Shown here one piece after another: positions 8,628-17,605 of a stretch of DNA of 64,000 bases. Position 1 is the first letter of the stretch. Each line of letters begins with the position of its first letter. The stretch comes from Chlamydia trachomatis (lineage in GTDB: Bacteria; Chlamydiota; Chlamydiia; Chlamydiales; 2-12-FULL-49-11): contig CAMAXK010000004.1 of the NCBI GenBank assembly GCA_945862365.1, positions 1,438 through 65,437 on the forward strand. The letters run 5' to 3'. A program made the position numbers and the translations under genes. The notes under the pieces were generated by a model, which saw nothing but the letters and a program-made list of their open reading frames with translations, was not told the origin of the DNA and did no database searches.

Positions 8628-11255
8628 TTGGCAAAGAACTTTAACTTAAAAGTCAAAAACTCTCAACTAGCTGCTGTTTTAAAGCAAAAAGGTCTTAATC
8701 CTTTGAAATCACAGGAAAGTGAACCTGAAAAGGCACCACCTGTTCCAAAGGAAGTAGAGGTAAAAGACGGTGATAACGCTGCAAAAAAAGTTCAGCGTAA
8801 GGCTAAATCTGGCCCTACGATGGCTCCTGTGCAAGAAGCTCTTCCTTCTGAAGAGCTCATGGATTCAGAGCTTGTAGAAGATTCTGCCTTTGTAGAAGAA
8901 CCATCTATTACTGAAGAAGAGGTTAAAGTTCTCTCTGTAGAAGAAAGTGTCCCTGCCCTTACTGTCAAAGAAGAGGTTTTAGCCCCTATTGAAGAACCTC
9001 CTATGCCTGAAAAAGTTAAAGCTCCCGAGCCTACTTCTTTTTCAGCAAAAGCAGATTTAATAAAAGAGGCAAAGTTATCAGATGCAGAAATTCGAAGAAG
9101 AGAGATTGCTAAGCCAATAGAAGAGCGTCGTATTTTGCCTAAAGATAAGTATGCTCGTCCGGAAAGGGTCACAAAACCTTCTATATATAATCCAAACACC
9201 AAACCTGCCCCAAGGCCGTATACTCCTAATAAGCCTTCAATTGATAGAAATGCTGTGGTTATTCCTCCAAAATCTCCACCAAAGGCAGCACCTCCTGCTG
9301 CTGATAAAAAAAATATCAAAGTGGATGAGAAAAAGAAGAAAGGAATGGATAGTTACAAAAGACAAGCTTTTTCTCGCGTATTTGACTCTCGAGATGCAAT
9401 GTCTGCTGAAGAGAGCTGGAAACGTCGTAGAAATAAAAAGAATAAATCTTTTGTAGCTTCTGAAGATATTGTTAGACCAAAAAGCGTAAGTGTTAAAATT
9501 CCTATTTCTGTAAAAGAATTAGCCAGTGAATTGAAAATTAAAGCCTCTGAAGTAATTCAAAAGTTATTTTTAGCAGGTTTTCCTATCACAATTAATGACA
9601 TTTTAGAAGATATCACTACTATTGAGCTTATTGGAAACGAATTTGACTGTGAAATTAAAATCGACACAGCTCTTGCTGATCGATTACAAATTACGGATCG
9701 AACATTAAAAGAAGAAATCAAAGATACAGGTGATGAAAAGCTTGAAAAAAGACCTCCTATTGTAACTGTTATGGGTCATGTTGATCATGGTAAAACAAGT
9801 ATCATCGATGCATTCAGAAACAGTAATCTTGCCGCAGGAGAAGCCGGAGCCATTACTCAACATATTGGAGCTTTTGTATGTCATACAGATCATGGATCAT
9901 TCTCTGTGATTGATACTCCTGGTCACGAAGCTTTTACAGCCATACGTGCTCGTGGGGCAACAGTAACAGATATTGTTGTTCTTGTAATTGCCGGTGATGA
10001 AGGTATTAAAACTCAAACAGATGAAGCAATTGATAAGGCAAAAGCAGCTGGTGTTCCTATTCTTGTGGCGATCAATAAAGTAGATAAGCCTGGCTTTAAT
10101 GCTGAAAATATCTATAGACAGTTAGCCGATAGAGATCTTCTTCCTGAAGCATGGGGTGGATCAGTCATTACGGTGAATTGTTCTGCCAAAACAAGAGAAG
10201 GTATTTCTACCTTAGCTGAGATGATTGCATTACAAACCGATATTTTAGAACTGCGTTCTAATCCAAAAGCTCGTGCTCGAGGAACTGTACTTGAGTCTGA
10301 ATTGCACAAAGGATTAGGAGTTACTGCAACGCTACTTGTGTTAAACGGAACATTAAAAGTTGGCGATGCGGTGGTATTTGAGCATGAGTGGGGAAAAACT
10401 AAGACCATGCAAAATGAATATGGTCAAATAGTACTTACTGCTCCTCCTTCTACCCCTGTTAAAGTTACTGGTTTATCAGGAGTACCTCCTGCTGGAAATG
10501 AATTTATTGTAGTTGCCTCTGAAAAGGAAGCTCGTGAAATTGTAGAAAAGAGAATGAGCGCGCATCGTCAGATGAAGTTAAAACAAGCGAAAAATCGCGT
10601 TGCTTTAAATATTTTAGAGCAAAAAGTAGAAGATATGAAGAAGAAAACTATCAACATCATGGTAAAAGCTGATGTGGGTGGTTCATTAGAAGCTATGAAA
10701 GATTCACTTCTGAAAATTCCTACAGATAAAGTGATCATTAATATTGTGAGCGCAGAAGTTGGACAAATATCTGAATCTGATATCGATCTTGCCCATGCAT
10801 CAAAATCTATTATTCTTGGTTTCCATACTAAAGTAGAGCCTCATGCTGAAGGAATGATCAAGCAGAAGAAAGTTAAAATTATCTTGAAAGATATCATCTA
10901 CCATATGATTGATGAAGTCAAAGTGGAGATGCAAAAACTTCTTGATAAAGTTCGACATGAAGAACATGTGGCAACAGCTAAAGTATTAACGGTGTTTAGA
11001 TCTTCAAGACATGGAAATATTGCTGGATCTATCATCACAGATGGACTCTTTAAGCGCAGCTATATGGCTAAGTTAAAAAGAGATGGGAAGATAATTTTTG
11101 AAGGGCCGATTAATTCTCTAAAACGTATGCAAGATGATGTAAAGGAAGTAAAAAAGGATACTGAATGTGGTATTTTGTTGAATGGATTTAATGATTTTAA
11201 AGAAAATGATGAAATCCTTGGATATGAGATCACTTATCTAGAACAACAATTATAA
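8628..11255 (+). CDS. infB: translation initiation factor IF-2
   Basis: 875 aa. TTG start 3 nt after the nusA stop. P/E/K-rich N-terminus. G-domain motifs GHVDHGKTS, DTPGHEAF and NKVD. Confidence 0.95.
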   Translation: MAKNFNLKVKNSQLAAVLKQKGLNPLKSQESEPEKAPPVPKEVEVKDGDNAAKKVQRKAKSGPTMAPVQEALPSEELMDSELVEDSAFVEEPSITEEEVKVLSVEESVPALTVKEEVLAPIEEPPMPEKVKAPEPTSFSAKADLIKEAKLSDAEIRRREIAKPIEERRILPKDKYARPERVTKPSIYNPNTKPAPRPYTPNKPSIDRNAVVIPPKSPPKAAPPAADKKNIKVDEKKKKGMDSYKRQAFSRVFDSRDAMSAEESWKRRRNKKNKSFVASEDIVRPKSVSVKIPISVKELASELKIKASEVIQKLFLAGFPITINDILEDITTIELIGNEFDCEIKIDTALADRLQITDRTLKEEIKDTGDEKLEKRPPIVTVMGHVDHGKTSIIDAFRNSNLAAGEAGAITQHIGAFVCHTDHGSFSVIDTPGHEAFTAIRARGATVTDIVVLVIAGDEGIKTQTDEAIDKAKAAGVPILVAINKVDKPGFNAENIYRQLADRDLLPEAWGGSVITVNCSAKTREGISTLAEMIALQTDILELRSNPKARARGTVLESELHKGLGVTATLLVLNGTLKVGDAVVFEHEWGKTKTMQNEYGQIVLTAPPSTPVKVTGLSGVPPAGNEFIVVASEKEAREIVEKRMSAHRQMKLKQAKNRVALNILEQKVEDMKKKTINIMVKADVGGSLEAMKDSLLKIPTDKVIINIVSAEVGQISESDIDLAHASKSIILGFHTKVEPHAEGMIKQKKVKIILKDIIYHMIDEVKVEMQKLLDKVRHEEHVATAKVLTVFRSSRHGNIAGSIITDGLFKRSYMAKLKRDGKIIFEGPINSLKRMQDDVKEVKKDTECGILLNGFNDFKENDEILGYEITYLEQQL

Positions 11256-11277
11256 TTTTTAAATAATATAGGCCTAA

Positions 11278-11964
11278 ATGACAGCACAAAGACGTATTAT
11301 GAGAGTAAATTCTCTATTAAAGGAAGTAATTTCAGATGTTATCAGACATGATCTTAAACATCATAAACTTCCTGAACTAATAACTATTACAGATGTAGAC
11401 ACATCTAAAGATTTAATGTATGCAAAAGTATTTGTAAGTTTGATTAACGGTGATAACAATGATAAAAAGCTGTTGATCGAAGAGCTGCAAAAGTGCTCCT
11501 CTTCCATTGCACGCCTTTCTTCAAAGAAAGTAGTGCTCAGATACTTTCCAGTTTTAACCTTTGAAATTGATAACACTATGGATGATTATATGAAAATAGA
11601 TGACCTTTTAAGAGAAGTAAATAAAAATAAAAAATTTAAGAAAGATGAGGAAGAAGAAGACTTCGAAGAGGATGATGAAAGCTTTGAAGAACTCGAGGAT
11701 GAAGATGAGGAAGACTTTGAAGACGATGACGAAGACTTTGAAGATGATGACGATGAAGAATATGAAGACGATGATGAAGATTACGATGACGATGAAGAGT
11801 ATGACGATGACGATGAAGAATATGAAGACGATGATGAAGATTACGATGACGACGAAGAGTATGATGAAGACGATGAAGATGAAGACGATGAAGATGAAGA
11901 CGAAGATGATGAAGAATATGATGAAGATGATGATGAGTTCGAATATGAGGATGATGAAAAGTAA
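11278..11964 (+). CDS. rbfA: ribosome-binding factor A with a roughly 110-residue poly-Asp/Glu C-terminal extension
   Basis: Residues 1 to about 118 look like a normal RbfA (..RVNSLLKEVISDVI.., ..ITITDVDTSKDL..AKVFVS.., ..LRYFPVLTFEID..). The remainder is almost purely D/E with periodic F/Y. Position between infB and truB. Confidence 0.85.
   Translation: MTAQRRIMRVNSLLKEVISDVIRHDLKHHKLPELITITDVDTSKDLMYAKVFVSLINGDNNDKKLLIEELQKCSSSIARLSSKKVVLRYFPVLTFEIDNTMDDYMKIDDLLREVNKNKKFKKDEEEEDFEEDDESFEELEDEDEEDFEDDDEDFEDDDDEEYEDDDEDYDDDEEYDDDDEEYEDDDEDYDDDEEYDEDDEDEDDEDEDEDDEEYDEDDDEFEYEDDEK
11761..11880 (+). repeat. 60-bp tandem duplication (2 units, 56/60 identical) inside the rbfA acidic tail
   Basis: Units 11761-11820 and 11821-11880 align base for base with 4 mismatches. 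Each encodes YEDDDEDYDDDEEYD(D/E)DDE(E/D). Confidence 0.9.
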
Positions 11965-11968
11965 TTAA

Positions 11969-12673
11969 ATGATTTTATCTACAGAAAAACCATTATCTAG
12001 AAAAACACATCAAGGGATATTATTAATCAATAAACCTTTAGGTGTAACTTCCTTTTCTTTAATACCAAAATTTAGATACATGTTTAATGAAAAGACCATT
12101 GGTCATGGAGGAACTCTTGATCCTTTAGCCACTGGAGTAATGGTTTATCTTATAGGTAGAAATTACACAAAGACTGCAGATTCTTTTCTTTTAGATGATA
12201 AAGAGTATAAGGCCACCATTTTATTAGGAGAAGAACGTGATTCCTATGATGTGGATGGAAATATTACTCATATATCTGATAAAGTGCCTACATTTGATGA
12301 AATTAATGAGGCAATGAAAGCCTTTAATGGGGTTGTTGATCAAATCCCTCCCATGTTTTCTGCAAAAAAGATTAATGGGAAGAAACTTTATGAGCTTGCT
12401 CGTAAGGGACAGGAAATTGAGCGTCTACCTAAAAGAGTGCACATGCAAACCACAGTTGTTTCCTACAACTACCCCCTTCTTGAAATATCGGTCACTTGTT
12501 CTTCTGGAACCTACATAAGATCGATTGCTCATGACCTTGGCATCATGCTTGGTTGTTATGGATGCATTAAAGCATTGCAAAGAACAAGATCTGGGTCTTA
12601 TTTACTTGAAAATTGCTATCAAATGGAAGATCTATTAAACTATCCTCTCGATGAACTATTAATTCAAAACTAA
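11969..12673 (+). CDS. truB: tRNA pseudouridine(55) synthase
   Basis: 234 aa. The motif ..GHGGTLDPLATGV.. contains the catalytic Asp. Follows rbfA. Confidence 0.9.
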   Translation: MILSTEKPLSRKTHQGILLINKPLGVTSFSLIPKFRYMFNEKTIGHGGTLDPLATGVMVYLIGRNYTKTADSFLLDDKEYKATILLGEERDSYDVDGNITHISDKVPTFDEINEAMKAFNGVVDQIPPMFSAKKINGKKLYELARKGQEIERLPKRVHMQTTVVSYNYPLLEISVTCSSGTYIRSIAHDLGIMLGCYGCIKALQRTRSGSYLLENCYQMEDLLNYPLDELLIQN

Positions 12674-12692
12674 ACTCAGAAAAAGAGGTGAT

Positions 12693-13790
12693 ATGTCAAC
12701 AAATCTTTCATGTGGGATAGTGGGTTTACCAAATATTGGAAAGTCTACTCTTTTTAATGCACTAACAAAAATGATGATTGCTGCAAACAATTTTCCTTTT
12801 TGCACTATTGAGCCAAATACTGGCATTGTTGATGTTCCAGATAAAAATATTGCGATTCTTTCCAGCCTTTCCTCAAGTGAAAAACTTGTTTATGCCTCTA
12901 TTAAATTTATTGATATTGCAGGACTTGTGAAAGGTGCTTCTAAAGGAGAAGGGTTAGGTAACAAATTTCTTTCTAACATTCGTGAAACAGATTTAATCGT
13001 ACACGTTGTTAGATGTTTTGATGACCTTAATATTACTCACGTAGATGGAAGAGTGGATCCAATTGCAGATGCCAATACGATCAATCTAGAGCTAATTTTA
13101 GCTGATCTTGGTGTTGCAGAAAATGCTAAAGATAAACTTTTTAAAAAACATCGCTCCTCTAAAGATAAACCTGCAATTCTTCCTATTCTTGATAAAGTAA
13201 TTGCCCACCTATTACAAGAGTTGCCGCTTAGAACCCTTGATTTAACAAAAGAAGAGCTCGAAGAGCTTAAAATTCTACCTATGCTTACACTCAAGCAAAT
13301 GGTTTATGTGGCAAATATCTCTGAAGAGGATCTTGCCGCAGGAGAAAATGCCTATACAAGACAGCTAAAAACCCTTGCCGATCAGCAAAACTGCAGACTT
13401 GTCTGTATTTCAGCAAAAATTGAGCAAGAGCTTGCAGGCCTATCAGATGAAGATGCCAAAGACTATCTTTCCTCCTATGGACTCGAGGAAAAGGGATTGA
13501 CCAAATTAATTCATACTGCCTTTGAGCAGTTAGGATTAATCACTTATTATACAACTGGGGAAAAAGAGACTCGTGCATGGACTATTGTTAAAGGATCCAC
13601 AGCACCAGAGGCTGCAGGAAAGATTCATACCGATCTGCAAAAGGGATTTATTCGTGCAGAGGTTGTGTCGCTCAAAGATATGATAAAATACAAAAATCGT
13701 CTTGAAGCGAAGAAAGCAGGTCTTGCAAAAGCTGAAGGAAAAGATTACATCGTTAAAAGTGGTGATGTGATCTTATTTCTCACAAATTAG
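12693..13790 (+). CDS. ychF: ribosome-binding ATPase YchF
   Basis: 365 aa. P-loop [18 protein letters not shown], ..FCTIEPN.. and a C-terminal TGS-like end ..[11 protein letters not shown].. Confidence 0.95.
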   Translation: MSTNLSCGIVGLPNIGKSTLFNALTKMMIAANNFPFCTIEPNTGIVDVPDKNIAILSSLSSSEKLVYASIKFIDIAGLVKGASKGEGLGNKFLSNIRETDLIVHVVRCFDDLNITHVDGRVDPIADANTINLELILADLGVAENAKDKLFKKHRSSKDKPAILPILDKVIAHLLQELPLRTLDLTKEELEELKILPMLTLKQMVYVANISEEDLAAGENAYTRQLKTLADQQNCRLVCISAKIEQELAGLSDEDAKDYLSSYGLEEKGLTKLIHTAFEQLGLITYYTTGEKETRAWTIVKGSTAPEAAGKIHTDLQKGFIRAEVVSLKDMIKYKNRLEAKKAGLAKAEGKDYIVKSGDVILFLTN

Positions 13791-13839
13791 CACTTACCTT
13801 AACCTTACTCAATGAACACAACGTTGATTAACTAAAGCC

Positions 13840-14045
13840 GATGTTTGCAGATTTTAGACCACCGGCTCGCTTTGCTCACTAAAGAACACAAAGATCACAG
13901 AGGGGAACAATTGATACCTGCATTTTTTATCCTTCTTTCCCTGTTATAATCTGAATTTTGAATTTATGCTTTTCTCTGTGATCTCTGTGTTCTCTAGCAA
14001 ACTTTAGTTTGCGGGTGGTAATATATATTCTAAATTCGTCTTACC
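13840..14045. repeat. MITE-like inverted-repeat element, copy 1 (about 46-nt imperfect terminal arms at 13858-13903 and 13974-14019)
   Basis: The arms (accaccGgctcgctttgctcactaAagaAcacaaagAtcacagagg / ctctgtgatctctgtgttctctagcaaactttagtttgcgggtggt) pair over the outer 9 and inner 23 nt. The head (gatgtttgcagatttta) and tail (atatatattctaaattcgtcttac) are also shared with the copy at 40546-40793. The centres differ. Confidence 0.75.
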
Positions 14046-14285
14046 TTAGAGGAATAAATTAGTAGCACAAGATGTCTACTTTTTGATCCATCCAAACAGA
14101 AATTTAAAAATCACTTTTAAAGAGGTTAAGAAATTTTTACTATCATCTGATTCATTACAATTACCGCACATGACCTTCTCCTTTTTTCCTTAATTATAAT
14201 TATATCAGCTTATAATATTTATCTGACTAAAAACCTAGGTTTTAAATAAAAACATGGAAATTATAAGAAAAATGATCCATATTGG

Positions 14286-15371
14286 ATGGTTATGGGAGAA
14301 AAAAGTGAAAAGGCAACACCGAAGAAACTTCGAGATGCCAGAAAAAAGGGTCAGGTAGCAAAGTCTAAAGACTTTCCTTCTGCCTTCACTTTTATTGTAT
14401 CCATTGCTGGGGTGTTAACCTTTTCCTCCTATTTCTATGATAAGTTAACCACCTGCATTCTTGAGATGTTTTCATTAATTCAACATCATGACCAGCTACA
14501 GCAAAAAATGGGCGGGATTATGGTTAGTATCATGAGCACTATTTTTTTCACCTCTTTGCCTTTAATGGGTTTAATTTCTGTCATAGGGGTTTTTGTCAAC
14601 TTTATCATTGTAGGCCCCCTCTTTTCTATTGAATCCATGAAACTGGATATTAAAAAGCTCAACCCTATCTCAAATTTAAAAAACATTTTTAAGATGAAAA
14701 CTCTTGTTGAGTTGATCAAGTCTCTTCTAAAAATCATCGGCGCTATTGCTCTTATCTATTCAGTAGTATATAGTAGTTTGGGTGAAATCATCGCAACATG
14801 TGGATTACCACTTGCTGTAAGTGCTGCAGTATTTGCAAGTTTTTTAAAGAAAGTAGTGGTAAGGGTAGGGATTTTTTTTATTGCTGTTGCTATTTTTGAC
14901 TTGATCTATCAAAAAAAGAATTTTGCTAAAGAAATGAAGATGGAAAAATTTCAAGTAAAGCAAGAATATAAAGATTCTGAAGGAGACCCTCACATCAAAG
15001 GTAGACGACGTCAGATAGCCCAAGAGATTGCTTATCAAGATGGTCCAAAATCTGTTAAGCGGGCAAAGGCTGTAATCACCAATCCAACGCACATTGCAGT
15101 TGCCATTGAATATGATGCCGATAATGAGCCTGCTCCAAAAATTGTAACAATGGGACTTGACATTGTAGCCGAAGAAATCATAAAAGTAGCTGTGGACAAT
15201 GATATTCCTGTGATGCGAAATGTTGAGCTTGCCCATATGCTCTATTTCAAAGGTCAATCTGGAAATTATATCCCAGAAGAGGCTTATGAAGCTATTGCAG
15301 AGATCTTAAAATGGATTGCTAAATTGGAACAAAAAGAGACGGAAAAAGAGAAATTGGAGATCTTTAAATAA
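14286..15371 (+). CDS. sctU: type III secretion export-apparatus switch protein SctU (CdsU/YscU family)
   Basis: 361 aa. N-terminus ..GEKSEKATPKKLRDARKKGQVAKSKD.., four TM segments, and the NPTH autocleavage site in ..AVITNPTHIAVAIEYD.. An alternative ATG lies at 14292. Confidence 0.95.
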   Translation: MVMGEKSEKATPKKLRDARKKGQVAKSKDFPSAFTFIVSIAGVLTFSSYFYDKLTTCILEMFSLIQHHDQLQQKMGGIMVSIMSTIFFTSLPLMGLISVIGVFVNFIIVGPLFSIESMKLDIKKLNPISNLKNIFKMKTLVELIKSLLKIIGAIALIYSVVYSSLGEIIATCGLPLAVSAAVFASFLKKVVVRVGIFFIAVAIFDLIYQKKNFAKEMKMEKFQVKQEYKDSEGDPHIKGRRRQIAQEIAYQDGPKSVKRAKAVITNPTHIAVAIEYDADNEPAPKIVTMGLDIVAEEIIKVAVDNDIPVMRNVELAHMLYFKGQSGNYIPEEAYEAIAEILKWIAKLEQKETEKEKLEIFK

Positions 15372-17497
15372 TGAGTGATATAGTAGATAAAATTTTAAAT
15401 TTCTTTAAGCATTCAAAAGTTCTTAATACCGTTTCCAGGTCAAGTGATTTGATGCTTGCTTTAATGGTGTTTGTCATTATTGCCATGATCATTCTTCCCC
15501 TACCCCCTGAAGTTTTAGATGTGTTAATCTCTTTAAACCTTACTGCCGCTTTAATTCTTGTAATGGTTGCCCTATATCTTTCAAAAGCAACTCAATTATC
15601 TTCTTTCCCTTCCATTTTATTGATCACCACCCTTCTTCGACTTGGTATTGAGATTTCAGCATCTAGGCAAATTCTTCTTCATGCCTATGCAGGAGAGGTT
15701 ATTTTTGCCTTTGCAAACCTTGTAGTGGGAGGAAACTTTGTTGTCGGTGGTATCATCTTTTTAATTATCACCATCGTGCAGTTTATCGTTGTGACAAAGG
15801 GTGCTGAAAGGGTGGCAGAGGTTGCTGCAAGATTTACCCTTGATGCTATGCCTGGTAAGCAGATGAGTATTGATGCTGACATGCGCTCTGGAATTATTGA
15901 CTCCACACAAGCTCGTTTACTTCGTCTTAACCTGCAAAAAGAGAGTCAGTTATACGGAGCCATGGATGGAGCTATGAAATTTGTTAAGGGGGATGTGATT
16001 GCCGGTATCATCATCGCCATGATTAACATTATTGGTGGCTTAATTATTGGTATTACTATGCATGGAATGAGCGCTATGCAAGCGGCCCATACCTACACCC
16101 TACTATCTATTGGTTCAGGTCTTGTATCTCAAATTCCATCCCTTATCATCTCTCTTTCTGCAGGTATTGTGACAACTCGTGTATCCTCTGGGGATGATTC
16201 CAATGTAGGTAGCGATATCTCTCAACAATTATCTCAACATCCAAAAGGTTTAATGATCGCAAGTATGATGATTATTGGAATAGGTGTTGTCCCTGGATTT
16301 CCTACCTATTTATTCCTTACTCTTGGCGGATCGCTCCTTGCATTTGGTATTACAAAACATATTATCACAAAAAGAAAAATCGCCATGGCAGCTGCTGGGG
16401 CTGGATCTGTGATGGAAACAGGGGCAGATGGTGCTACTGTAATTCGAGGTGGTGGAGATGAATATGCCCTAACTCTTCCTGTAATTTTAGAAACAGGAGC
16501 AATTATTGCAGACTTGGTTAAAAAAGATCGCGAAGGGGGCCGTTTTATCGAAGAAAAGATCCCAAAAATGCGCGCTGCCCTCTACCAAGATTTAGGTATA
16601 CGTTTTCCAGGTGTACACGTAAGAACAGAGGCTCCAAGTCTTGGTGCTGATGAATATGGGATCTACTTAAATGAGGTTCCTTTAATGCGTGGACAGGTTA
16701 TTCGTGATCATGTGCTTACCTCTGAGACAGAAAAAAATCTTCACCGGTATAATATTCCCTTTACAAAATCGAAAAATATTATGAACCAACCTGCCCTTTG
16801 GGTAAATAAAGAATACAAACCTATTCTTGATAAAGCAGGGGTTAAATATTGGGAAATTTTGGATGTGGTCATTTTACACCTTTCCTATTTCTATAGACAA
16901 TATGCAAGTGAGTTTTTAGGAATTCAAGAAGTTCGTGCTATTTTAGAATTTATCGAAAAGAACTTCCCAGATCTTGTTAAAGAGGTATCAAGACTTGTAC
17001 CTTTACAAAAGCTTACAGATATTTTTAGAAGACTTATCCAAGAGCAAGTCTCTATAAAAGATCTTCGAACTATTCTTGAGGCATTAAGTGAATGGGCCCA
17101 AAGTGAAAAAGATACCATTTTACTTACTGAATATGTAAGAACTTCTCTAAAAAGATATCTTAGCTACAAATATTCTAAAGGACAATCTATCCTTCCAGTA
17201 TATCTTTTAGAACCTGAAATTGAAGATATGATTCGTGGAGCCATCACAGAGACCTCCTCAGGGACATTTCTTCGTCTTGATTCTGACTCTATCCAGCTCA
17301 TCTTACAAGCTATAAGAAATACAATAAAGCCTACCTTACCAGGAAGTATCTCCCCTGTCGTACTTACTGCTATTGATGTTCGAAGGTTTGTGAAAAAGTT
17401 GATCGAAGGAGAATTTCCTGACTATGCGGTGTTATCTACTCAAGAAATTGTTCCTGAAATTAGAATTCAACCTCTTGGAAGAATTCAGCTAAGTTAA
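15371..17497 (+). CDS. sctV: type III secretion export gate protein SctV (CdsV/LcrD, FHIPEP family)
   Basis: 708 aa. FHIPEP signatures ..ERVAEVAARFTLDAMPGKQMSIDAD.. and ..GAMKFVKGD.. Start overlaps the sctU stop (TAATG). Confidence 0.95.
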   Translation: MSDIVDKILNFFKHSKVLNTVSRSSDLMLALMVFVIIAMIILPLPPEVLDVLISLNLTAALILVMVALYLSKATQLSSFPSILLITTLLRLGIEISASRQILLHAYAGEVIFAFANLVVGGNFVVGGIIFLIITIVQFIVVTKGAERVAEVAARFTLDAMPGKQMSIDADMRSGIIDSTQARLLRLNLQKESQLYGAMDGAMKFVKGDVIAGIIIAMINIIGGLIIGITMHGMSAMQAAHTYTLLSIGSGLVSQIPSLIISLSAGIVTTRVSSGDDSNVGSDISQQLSQHPKGLMIASMMIIGIGVVPGFPTYLFLTLGGSLLAFGITKHIITKRKIAMAAAGAGSVMETGADGATVIRGGGDEYALTLPVILETGAIIADLVKKDREGGRFIEEKIPKMRAALYQDLGIRFPGVHVRTEAPSLGADEYGIYLNEVPLMRGQVIRDHVLTSETEKNLHRYNIPFTKSKNIMNQPALWVNKEYKPILDKAGVKYWEILDVVILHLSYFYRQYASEFLGIQEVRAILEFIEKNFPDLVKEVSRLVPLQKLTDIFRRLIQEQVSIKDLRTILEALSEWAQSEKDTILLTEYVRTSLKRYLSYKYSKGQSILPVYLLEPEIEDMIRGAITETSSGTFLRLDSDSIQLILQAIRNTIKPTLPGSISPVVLTAIDVRRFVKKLIEGEFPDYAVLSTQEIVPEIRIQPLGRIQLS

Positions 17498-17605
17498 TCA
17501 TTTTAAGTAAGTTAAACAGGTTGTATTCTTTTACTTCCAAATTAACTTTCAGTATCCTATTTTTATTAATAGAAATCGTATAACCTTAAAAAAAATGAGA
17601 TGTAA

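Noticed and set aside
8792-9319. 175-aa minus-strand ORF inside infB
   Set aside because: It is antisense to the P/E/K-rich N-terminal region of IF-2. The low-complexity G/S/A-rich translation is the mirror of that repeat composition. There is no RBS or independent support.
11645-11968. 107-aa plus-strand ORF (M/K/T-rich) overlapping the rbfA tail
   Set aside because: It is an alternative frame of the GAT/GAA repeat tract. The MKT-repeat product is a frame artefact of the acidic-tail coding sequence.
14254-14358. 34-codon upstream ORF overlapping the sctU start in another frame
   Set aside because: It is short, with no RBS and no conservation evidence, and is most likely fortuitous in an AT-rich leader.
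14486-15257. Minus-strand ORFs of 83 aa and 137 aa inside sctU
   Set aside because: They are antisense to a well-supported T3SS gene. AT-rich antisense frames often stay open by chance.
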